Part shown: positions 53,192-64,000 of the stretch, in pieces
Numbering within the stretch: the first letter of the stretch is position 1
Layout: the number at the start of each line of letters is the position of its first letter
NCBI RefSeq assembly: GCF_902652985.1
Contig: NC_047017.1
Coordinates: 47,058,001 to 47,122,000, forward strand
Length of the DNA stretch: 64,000 bases
Direction: 5' to 3'
DNA from: Pecten maximus
Taxonomy: Eukaryota
Notes under the pieces: generated by a model
The model's database searches: none
Told to the model about the DNA's origin: nothing
Seen by the model: only the letters and a program-made list of their open reading frames with translations
Position numbers and translations under genes: made by a program

Positions 53192-55616
53192 GTAAATATT
53201 GTTAAATAACTACCACACTACTTCCGGTTCTGCGCTCTGCAATAGTATCACTAACCACCTGGTAACTAAATCCACAGAATATCATTTGCATACATTACTT
53301 AATATATGATTACATCTAACACTTTCACTGATTTTTTATTGCGGCGCTGACATGTCAACGTGTTGCCGTGATTCATTTGAATTAGCGGGTCCTTTTGATA
53401 GTGACTAATAGGCTCTTGGTACATACGGGGTCTGGCAATGGTGCCCGCCTCACGGAATCTTTCTCCCTGTCCGGGACATTCATATAACCTCGGACATCAT
53501 CCAAATACCGATAACTTTGTTCATACCCATTCAAGCACGACGGATTTATTCAAAGTCAATGTTCCAAGTCGTGCTTTGGTTCAATCAATCTTGTCCTATC
53601 GACAAGCTAGACACTTTTCAATTTAACCAAAATCACCATAATGACAACAATATGTATATCCAAAATGGCGCATACAGTAGCCACATCACAGGCCAAATGC
53701 AGCGAGATCAAAAGAACGAGGCAACCACTACCACATCAGATAATAGGAGTAAATCAAGAAGTGAATAGCTGCCTGCGATATCCAGTGTTATCATGATGTT
53801 ATTTCTGTCATCGAGTTATCAGCAATTTAGGACCCCATTGAGGGGCTATAATCTATGTATTATCTTCAAAAGAACTTTCCCGTTTTATTACGGAGAAATT
53901 AGAATTATCAAGGTCTTGCTAGCGTTAATATATTTTCTGATTTACTGGTTTTCTGAAGCCTTCCACCCTACAACAACATTTATGAGACATGTATCCAACG
54001 TTTGAAATCCAAAACCAGCCTTTGTCGTGTACTCGCTTTACTGCCGGCAAATAATAATTTTTGCGCTATGAATAATATCAAAATTGCGATAAACAACCGT
54101 ACAGGGTCATAAGCAGGGAATTTCAAACGTGTGTCAAGGCGGAGTATGGAGAGACGTTACACTGATATTTATTTAACTGAGGCATCTCCCCTGGTTAGTC
54201 TAGTCTCAGATCTCGACCAACACTCCCCGATGATGGTGGCATCTCAATCTTCAACATCAAACAGCCAATTGAAAGCATATAAAGATTTGCAAATAAACAC
54301 TAAAGACTTATGGGTTTTATTGCAGGAAATCCAGATTTTCCTCAAGTAAAGAATAGTTAGTCATAAAATTGACTTCTAACGATTTATCTGTTATTTGTTG
54401 GAAACAGTTCTAATAGCTATCGCAATCACAGTCTTAGCATTAGGACTTTACAGGCTGACAATAAAACGAGTAATGTCGAACATCACGAGATAATGTCTTC
54501 TAGATGGCATGACGTCGATATCATAAAACACATTGGAGTAGGAGATCGATGCAAGGCCTGTTGGAGTGGGTGACGCCATGATGTGATTAGGGGGGCCGTG
54601 TGACGTTACACGGTAGTGACGGCTAGTGCCCGATACTGGTTTAATAAGGTGACATCCATTGAAATTAACATAAAAATTAAAGAAACTGACACAGCGGTAC
54701 CACACTCTAGGACATTTAAGGAAAAGTAATTGTCAGCTTTATCAAAATTGTGTTTTAAGAACAGCCCGTTCGAGGCAAAAATTCTAAACGATGGTATGCT
54801 TACAATATGCAAACTGGAAATTTATTTATTTAGAAATAGTTGAAATCACAAAGAAATTATCTAGGAATCCAAAAGTCAAACGGCGATGCAAACATCACCC
54901 GGACAATGTGTTAGCTTTAATTTCGTCCATAAGCGACCAGATATGAATCAGGAAAAGAACGTATACAAGCACTCGCGCATGTCGCGTGCTACTGTTGACG
55001 GTCGTTGGTGCATTGACACGACTCAAATATGATTTGGGATGGTGGAGCTACATGAACAAATCTGCATAATATAGTAGATTTAGATTATTGAGTCTAAACA
55101 AGCCACAACTATCTATAAAATGTTTGGAATTAATTGAGATCAGACACGCTAACAATGGCGCTATTATAACAAAATGGCGGCCAATCCTTCAGGGCATAGA
55201 GGCTCGCACGCCATCCCGAAAATAATCTGTTTTCTGCCCAGACGGTGTGCAATGATTGGAGACATAAAACTCGGTGATTACACGATAGCATATCGCAAAG
55301 AGTTGTAATATCGTGTAAGGTCTTGTATTTAACTAATTTAAGACGGGTAGCTATCTGATGAGACTGTTTATCCGTTAAATAACAACAACATTCATTTTTA
55401 TCATATCCTAATCATGCAAGTCTGTCTCTGTCCACTAGATACAACGTGACGTTTAGTAGAATTATCTTAAATAGAGACCCCAGCAAGTTTTATAGAAATA
55501 CATCAATTCCTGTTAAGATAAGCCGAAATCCCAAACGAATTAGTTAAGGTAATATTATTCGTTGATACAGATGATGAATTTGGTTTTCAAAATTTCCTTA
55601 TTTTCATATTTTTTAG
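53192..55616 (+). other. gsc intron 2 (2.4 kb, GT-AG, inside the homeobox)
   Basis: GTAAAT donor and TAG acceptor; joins RVE to VWFKNRR. Confidence 0.95.
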
Positions 55617-55940
55617 GTTTGGTTCAAGAACAGGCGTGCAAAATGGAGGAAGGTTAAGCGAGAGGAAGAAGCCGCAAGAAGACTCTCTGAGGCAGCACAA
55701 AAAGGCGAGCTGGATCCTAAATCAGACAAGAGTGAAAACGAGACTGGCGCGTCATGTGGTTCACAAATCAACAAGAGTACTGACTCAGACAGTGATTGTT
55801 TCTCTCACCGAAGTACAGACTCACCTAAAATAGACATTGAAAATGAAATCATTGAGTCAGAAGACGAAGACACAAACACAACCGGTGCTCGCCTTTCATC
55901 AAGTCCAATGCCATCTTCTAGTCATTCACCAACGTCATGA
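55617..55940 (+). CDS. gsc: Goosecoid coding exon 3 (helix 3 with K50, Ser/acidic C-terminus, stop)
   Basis: Polypyrimidine tract and TTTTTAG| acceptor in phase 0. Reads VWFKNRRAKWRKVKREEEAARR...SSSHSPTS*, with TGA at 55938-55940. This frame is absent from the ORF track because it has no start codon. Spliced CDS is 729 nt (242 aa). Confidence 0.95.
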   Translation, partial: VWFKNRRAKWRKVKREEEAARRLSEAAQKGELDPKSDKSENETGASCGSQINKSTDSDSDCFSHRSTDSPKIDIENEIIESEDEDTNTTGARLSSSPMPSSSHSPTS

Positions 55941-56770
55941 GATGGTCATATCGATACAGATTTTCATTTAACTTAAAATGTTCTTAACATCGTAGTGCTT
56001 TGCGTGTACTGCGGTATATAATTGGTAACCAAGGATATCAAACGCCTCTGCGAGCTCAAACACGTGAGCTTGAATGTTTTGCTGTGAATCCTGATGGTGC
56101 AGTTTATCTGTGATACAAACATACATGTAACCAAGACGTGTTATCTGGTCAGTGGCCCAAATTTAAGCATTACAAGGACAAAGATGATAGCATCGACATT
56201 AAGTGTTGTCTTTTGTCAATTTTTGAGCATTAGCAAATCAATCTTTTTATTGGTGAATCCCAGTGAGGCTGTGCAATGTATGAAAGCGCGTGCGTTGTGT
56301 GTTTTGTGTCCAAACATATCTTAAAACCACATCACTTTGTTAACTCAAATTTGATTGGTTGGGTGTTGGCAATGAATCTCAGAGTCATTGGATGGCGTCT
56401 AGTAATACTCAAATAGTGTTTAAAAGGAGAATGAAAGTGCGTGTATGTGTGTGTGTGATCAAAATGACGAATGGTGGCTGATGCTTTTAAAAATGAGCCA
56501 TGGGGCTTTGTATTTAATGTTTCTTTTTAATTATCCAAATACTCTATTATGTTAATTATGACAAGCCTAGTAGCAATTCCCCTTTCTTACAATATACTTT
56601 TTATAACTTTACGAAATTCTATTTAAACAGTGAAGGATTGTAATATATGTGGCGTTCGCTGCACACGGCACTGTTGGCTATGAGGTTTTAAGGAGAATTT
56701 GTGAACTAGTGCATGTCTACGTGTTGTGTATAAAGGTACTTCTGTATGTCAGAACCTAGTAAAGTGGTCT

Positions 56771-56776
56771 AATAAA
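56771..56776 (+). terminator. Candidate gsc polyadenylation signal
   Basis: AATAAA ~830 nt after the stop codon, followed by GT/T-rich sequence (CTGTCGTTACGTTTTATTGT). Confidence 0.55.
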
Positions 56777-57229
56777 ATATGAAAAACTATAAATCAATAC
56801 CTGTCGTTACGTTTTATTGTCAAAGATGATGTTGATTGATAGTACTCAACTGTGGTAAAGGAATGGACAAACGACGCCAGTTATATACAAACTGTATATA
56901 TAATACAGGATCATGTAATATAAATATAGGAAGTCTAGAAACTGAACAAGATTAGTACAGACCGATGAACATATACATCACATAATGAAATATGAGACTT
57001 GTAGAAGATGCAGAAAATACCGAAATATAGACAACTGCAGTTGTTTCGTCCTATTTTGGATACTGGATGTTTTTAAGATGAAGTGTGTCGGGGTTTCAAA
57101 TAACAATGCTGTTATCATTATTTCGGTTTATCTAGGTTATAAAAGAAATAGACAAAACAGAATGTCAACACTTGACTGGACGAATTGATACCTGGGTGAA
57201 ATATGTATTATCCAAGTATGACTGAATTG

Positions 57230-60200
57230 GTATTGATACCATTCGAGTATGTCAGAGTTGTTATTGATACCATCCCAGTATGTCAGAGTTGTTATTGATA
57301 CCATCCCAGTATGTCAGAGTTGTTATTGATACCATCCCAGTATGTCCGAGTTGTTATTAATACCATCCCAGTATATCAAAGTTGTTATTGATACCATCCC
57401 AGTATGTCCGAGTTGTTATTGATACCATCCCAGTATATCAAAGTTGTTATTGATACCATCCCAGTATGTCAGAGTTGTTATTAATACCATCCCAGTATAT
57501 CAAAGTTGTTATTGATACCATCCCAGTATGTCCGAGTTGTTATTGATACCATCCCAGTATGTCCGAGTTGTTATTGATACCATCCGAGGAATGTCCGAGT
57601 TGTTATTAATACCATCCCAGTATATCATAGTTGTTATTGATACCATTCCAGTATACCCGAGTTGTTATTAATACAATCCCAGTATGTCAGAGTTGCTATT
57701 GATACCATCCCAGTATGCCCGAGTTGTTATTGATACCATCCCAGTATGTCAGAGTTGTTATTGATACCATCCCAGTATGTCCGATTTGTAATTGATACCA
57801 TCCCAATATGTCCGAGTTGTTATTGATACCATCCCAGTATATCAGAGTTGTTATTGATACCATCCCAGTATGTCCGTGTTGTTATTGATACCATCCCAGT
57901 ATGTCCGAGTTGTTATTGATACCATCCCAGTATGCCCGAGATATTATTGATACCATCCCAGTAGGTCAGAGTTGTTATTGATACCATCCCAGTATGTCAG
58001 AGTTGTTATTGATACCATCCCAATATGTCCGAGTTGTTATTGATACTATCCCAATATGTCCGAGTTGTTATTGATACCATCCCAGTATGTCCGAGTTGTT
58101 ATTGATACCATCCTAGTATGTCCGAGTTGTTATTGATACTATCCCAGTATGTCAGAGTTATTATTGATACCAGCCCAGTATGTCAGAGTTGTTATTGATA
58201 CCATTCCAGTATGTCCGACTTGCCATTGATACTATCCCAGTATGTCCGAGTTGTTATTGATACCATCCCAGTATGTCAGAGTTGTTATTGATACCATCCC
58301 AGTATGTCAGAGTTGTTATTGATACCATCCCAGTATGTCCGAGTTGTTATTGATACCATCCCAGTATGTCCGAGTTGTTATTGATACCATCCGAGGAATG
58401 TCCGAGTTGTTATTAATACCATCCCAGTATATCATAGTTGTTATTGATACCATTCCAGTATACCCGAGTTGTTATTAATACAATCCCAGTATGTCAGAGT
58501 TGCTATTGATACCATCCCAGTATGCCCGAGTTGTTATTGATACCATCCCAGTATGTCAGAGTTGTTATTGATACCATCCCAGTATGTCCGATTTGTAATT
58601 GATACCATCCCAATATGTCCGAGTTGTTATTGATACCATCCCAGTATATCAGAGTTGTTATTGATACCATCCCAGTATGTCCGTGTTGTTATTGATACCA
58701 TCCCAGTATGTCCGAGTTGTTATTGATACCATCCCAGTATGCCCGAGATGTTATTGATACCATCCCAGTACGTCAGAGTTGTTATTGATACCATCCCAGT
58801 ATGTCAGAGTTGTTATTGATACCATCCCAATATGTCCGAGTTGTTATTGATACTATCCCAATATGTCCGAGTTGTTATTGATACCATCCCAGTATGTCCG
58901 AGTTGTTATTGATACCATCCTAGTATGTCCGAGTTGTTATTGATACTATCCCAGTATGTCAGAGTTATTATTGATACCAGCCCAGTATGTCAGAGTTGTT
59001 ATTGATACCATTCCAGTATGTCCGACTTGCCATTGATACTATCCCAGTATGTCAGAGTTGTTATTGATACCATCCCAGAATGTCAGAGTTGTTATTGATA
59101 CCATCCCAGTATGTCCGAGTTGTTATTGATACCATCCCAGTATGTCCGAGTTGTTATTGATACCATCCCAGTATGTCAGAGTTGTTATTGATACCATCCC
59201 AATATGTCAGAGTTGTTATTGATATCATCCCAGTATGTCAGAGTTGTTATTGATACCATCCCAGTATGTCAGAGTTGTTATTGATACCATCCCAGTATGT
59301 CAGAGTTGTTATTGATACCATCACAATATGTCCGAGTTGTTATTGATATCATCCCAGTATGTCAGAGTTATTATTGATACCATCCCAGTATGTCAGAGTT
59401 GTTATTGATATCATCCCAGTATGTCAGAGTTGTTATTGATACCATCCCAATATGTCTGAGTTGTTATTTATACCATCCCAGTATATCCGGGTTATTATTG
59501 ATACCATCCCAGTATGTCCGAGTTGTTATTGATACCATCCCAGTATACCCGAGTTGTTATTGATACCATCCCAGTATGTCCGAGTTATTATTGATACCAT
59601 CCAAGTATGTCAGAGTTGTTATTGATACCATCCCAGTATGCCCGAGTTGTTATTGATACCATCCTAGTATGTCAGAGTTGTTATTGATACCATCCCAGTA
59701 TGCCCGAGTTGTTATTGATACCATCCCAGTATGTCAGAGTTGTTATTGATACCATCCCAGTATGTCACAGTTGTTATTGATACCATCCAAGTATGTCAGA
59801 GTTATTATTGATACCATCCCAGTATGTCAGAGTTGTTATTGATACCATCGCAGTATGTCCGAGTTGTTATTGATACCATCCCAGTATGTCCGAGTTATTA
59901 TTGATACCATCCAAGTATGTCAGAGTTGTTATTGATACCATCCCAGTATGCCCGAGTTGTTATTGATACCATCCTAGTATGTCAGAGTTGTTATTGATAC
60001 CATCCCAGTATGCCCGAGTTGTTATTGATACCATCCCAGTATGTCAGAGTTGTTATTGATACCATCCCAGTATGTCACAGTTGTTATTGATACCATCCAA
60101 GTATGTCAGAGTTGTTATTGATACCATCCCAGTATGTCAGAGTTGTTATTGATACCATCGCAGTATGTCCGAGTTGTTATTGATACCATCCCAGTATGTC

Positions 60201-63200
60201 AGAGTTGTTATTGATACCATCCCAATATGTCCGAGTTATTATTGATACCATCCCAGTATGTCCGAGTTGTTATTGATACCATCCCAGTATGTCCGAGTTG
60301 TTATTGATACCATCCCAGTATGTACCCGAGTTGTTATTGATACCATCCCAGTATACCCGAGTTGTTATTGATACCATCACAGTGTACCCGAGTTGTTATT
60401 GATACCATCCTAGTATGTCCGGGTTGTTATTGATACCATCCCAGTATGTCAGAGTTGTTATTGATACCATCCCAGTATGTCCGAGTTGTTATTGATACCA
60501 TCCCAGTATGTCCGAGTTGTTATTGATACCATCCCAGTATGTCCGAGTTGTTATTGATACCATCCCAGTATGTACCCGAGTTGTTATTGATACCATCGCA
60601 GTATGTCCTTGTTGACATTGATACTATCACAGTGTACCCGAGTTGTTATTGATACCGTCCTAGTATGTCCGGGTTGTTATTGATACCATCCCAGTATGTC
60701 AGAGTTGTTATTGATACCATCCCAGTATGTCAGAGTTGTTATTGATAACATCCCAGTATGTCAGAGTTGTTATTGATACCATCCCAGTATGTCAGAGTTG
60801 TTATTCATACCATCCCAGTATGTCAGAGATGTTATTGATACCATCCCAGTATGTCAGAGTTGTTATTGATACCATCCCAGTATGTCAGAGTTGTTATTCA
60901 TACCATCCCAGTATGTCAGATTTGTTATTGATACCATCCCAATATGTCCGAGTTGTTATTGATACCATCCCAGTATGTCAGAGTTGTTATTGATACCATC
61001 CCAGTATGTCCGAGTTGTTACTGATACCATCCCAGTATATCCGAGTTGTTATTAATACCATTCCAGTATGTCCGAGTTGTTATTAATACCATTCCAGTAT
61101 GTCGGAGTTGTTATTGATACCATCAAAGTATGTCAGAGTTGTTATTGATACCATCCCAGTATTTCAGAGTTGTTATTGATACCATCCCGGTATGTCAGAG
61201 TTGTTATTGATACCATCCCAATATGTCCGAGTTGTTATTGATACCATCCCAGTATGTCAGAGTTGTTATTGATAACATTCCAGTATTTCAGAGTTGTTAT
61301 TAATACCATCCCAGTATGTCAGAGTTGTTTTTGATACCATCCTAGTATGTCAGAGTTGTTATTGATACCATCACAGTATGTCCGAGTTATTATTGATACC
61401 ATCCCAGTATGTCAGAGTTGTTATTGATACCATCCCAGTATGTCCGAGTTGTTATTGATACCATCCCAGTATGTCCGAGTTGTTATTGATAACATCCCAG
61501 TATGTCAGAGTTGTTATTGATAACATCCCAGTATGTCAGAGTTGTTATTGATACCATCCTAGTATGTCCGAGTTGTTATTGATACCATCCCAGTATGTCC
61601 GAGTTGTTATTGATACCATCCCAGTATGTCAGAGTTGTTATTGATACCATCCCAGTATGTCCGAGTTGTTATTGATACCATCCCAGTATGTCCGAGTTGT
61701 TATTGATACCATCCCAGTATGTCAGAGTTGTTATTGATACCATCCCAGTATGTCCGAGTTGTTATTGATACCATCCCAGTATGTCAGAGTTGTTATTGAT
61801 ACCATCCCAGTATGTCAGAGTTGTTATTGATACCATCCCAGTATGTCAGAGTTGTTATTGATACCATCCCAGTATGTCCGAGTTGTTATTGATACCATCC
61901 CAGTATGTCCGAGTTGTTATTGATACCATCCCAGTATGTCAGAGTTGTTATTGATACCATCCCAGTATGTCCGAGTTGTTATTGATACCATCCCAGTATG
62001 TCCGAGTTGTTATTGATACCATCCCAGTATGTCAGAGTTGTTATTGATACCATCCCAGTATGTCCGAGTTGTTATTGATACCATCCCAGTATGTTAAAGT
62101 TGTTATTGATACCATCCCAGTATGTCAGAGTTGTTATTGATACCATCCCAGTATGTCAGAGTTGTTATTGATACCATCCCAGTATGTCAGAGTTGTTATT
62201 GATACCATCCCAGTATGTCCGAGTTGTTATTGATACCATCCCATTATGTCAGAGTTGTTATTGCTCCACTCCCAGTCAGTCAGAGTTGTTATAGATACCA
62301 TCCCAGTATGTCAGAGATGTTATTGATACCATCCAATTATATGTCAGAGTTGTTATTGATACCATCCCAGTATGTCCGAGTTGTTATTGATACCATCCCA
62401 GTATGTCAGAGTTGTTATTGATACCATCCCAGGATGCCCGGGTTGTTATTGATACCATCCCAGGATGCCCGGGTTGTTATTGATTCCATCCCAGTATGTC
62501 AGAGTTGTTATTGATACCATCCCAGTATGTCCGAGTTGTTATTGATACCATCCCAGTATGTCAGAGTTTGTATTGATACCATCCCAGTATGTCAGAGTTG
62601 TTATTGATACCATCCCAGTATGTCAGAGTTGTTATTGATACCATCCCAGTATGTCCGAGTTGTTATTGATACCATCCCAGTATGTCAGAGTTGTTATTGA
62701 TACCATCCAGTATGTCAGAGTTGTTATTGATACCATCCCAGTATGTCCGAGTTGTTATTGATACCATCCCAGTATGTCAGAGTTGTTATTGATACCATCC
62801 CAGTATGTCAGAGTTGTTATTGATACCATCCCAGTATGTCAGAGTTGTTATTGATACCATCCCAGTATGTCAGAGTTGTTATTGATACCATCCCAGTATG
62901 TCCGAGTTGTTATTGATACCATCCCAGTATGTCAGAGTTGTTATTGATACCATCCCAGTATGTCCGAGTTGTTATTGATACCATCCCAGTATGTCCGAGT
63001 TGTTATTGATACCATCCCAGTATGTCCGAGTTGTTATTGATACCATCCCAGTATGTCAGAGTTGTTATTGATACCATCCCAGTATGTCCGAGTTGTTATT
63101 GATACCATCCCAGTATGTCAGAGTTGTTATTGATACCATCCCAGTGTGTCCGGGTTGTTATTGATACCATCCCAGTATGTCCGGGTTGTTATTGATACCA

Positions 63201-64000
63201 TCCCAGTATGTCAGAGTTGTTATTGATACCATCCCAGTATGTCCGAGTTGTTATTGATACCATCCCAGTATGTCAGAGTTGTATTGATACCATCCCAGTA
63301 TGTCAGAGTTGTTAATGATACCGTCCCAGTATGCCGAGTTGTTATTGATACCATCCCAGTATGTCCGAGTTATTATTAATACCATCCCAGTATGTCAGAG
63401 TTGTTATTGATACCATCCTAGTATGTCAGAGTTGTTATTGATACCATCCCAGTATGTCAGAGTTGTTATTGATACCATCCCAGTATGTCAGAGTTGTTAT
63501 TGATACCATCCCAGTATGTCAGAGTTGTTATTGATACCATCCCAGTATGTCAGAGTTGTTATTGATACCATCCCAGTATGCCCGAGTTGTTATTGATACC
63601 ATCCCAGTATGTCCGAGTTGTTATTGATACCATCCCAGTATGTCAGAGTTGTTATTGATACCATCCCAGTATGTCAGAGATATTATTGATACCATCCCAG
63701 TATGTCCGAGTTGTTATTGATATCATCCCAGTATGTCAGAGTTGTTATTGATACCATCCCAGTATGTCAGAGTTGTTATTGATACCATCCCAGTATGTCA
63801 GAGTTGTTATTGATACCATCCCAGTATGTCCGAGTTGTTATTGATATCATCCCAGTATGTCCGAGTTGTTATTGATACCATCCCAGTATGTCATAGTTGT
63901 TATTGATACCATCCCAGTATGTCAGAGGTGTTATTGATACCATCCCAGTATGTCAGAGTTGTTATTGATACCATCCCAGTATGCCCGAGTTGTTATTGAT
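57230..64000. repeat. 31-bp satellite array, >215 copies, runs off the window end
   Basis: Unit GATACCATCCCAGTATGTC(A/C)GAGTTGTTATT. Confidence 0.99.

Noticed and set aside
55636-55833. 65-aa ORF in the ORF track
   Set aside because: Out-of-frame overlap of gsc exon 3
57230-64000. CRISPR-like 31-bp repeats
   Set aside because: Head-to-tail satellite without spacers

Overview
AT-rich animal genomic DNA, not prokaryotic. The repeat types suggest a mollusc, probably a bivalve (inference). It holds one supportable protein-coding gene: a three-exon goosecoid (gsc) homeobox gene on the + strand (CDS 45374-45572, 52986-53191, 55617-55940; 242 aa). The protein has an eh1 repressor motif (FTIESIL) and a PRD-class K50 homeodomain. 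The 45 kb upstream has no recognisable intact gene. About 30% of the window (~19 kb) is minisatellite or satellite DNA in at least 11 arrays with 30-53 bp units, and the long ORFs in the ORF track are artefacts of these arrays. Dispersed elements include a 5'-truncated LINE with a 13-bp TSD, V-domain SINE fragments, a SINE tail, a fold-back MITE and a non-autonomous TIR element with a hairpin at each end. The most notable observations are these: (i) a satellite built from the 5' half of a tRNA (SINE head); (ii) one dispersed element seen as a monomer and as two independently amplified 30-bp arrays; (iii) the double-hairpin element inserted in a satellite with a 10-bp target duplication; (iv) clusters of bicoid/K50-type sites in gsc intron 1, suggesting autoregulation; (v) near exclusion of satellites from the gsc transcription unit. 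I found no new protein-coding system.
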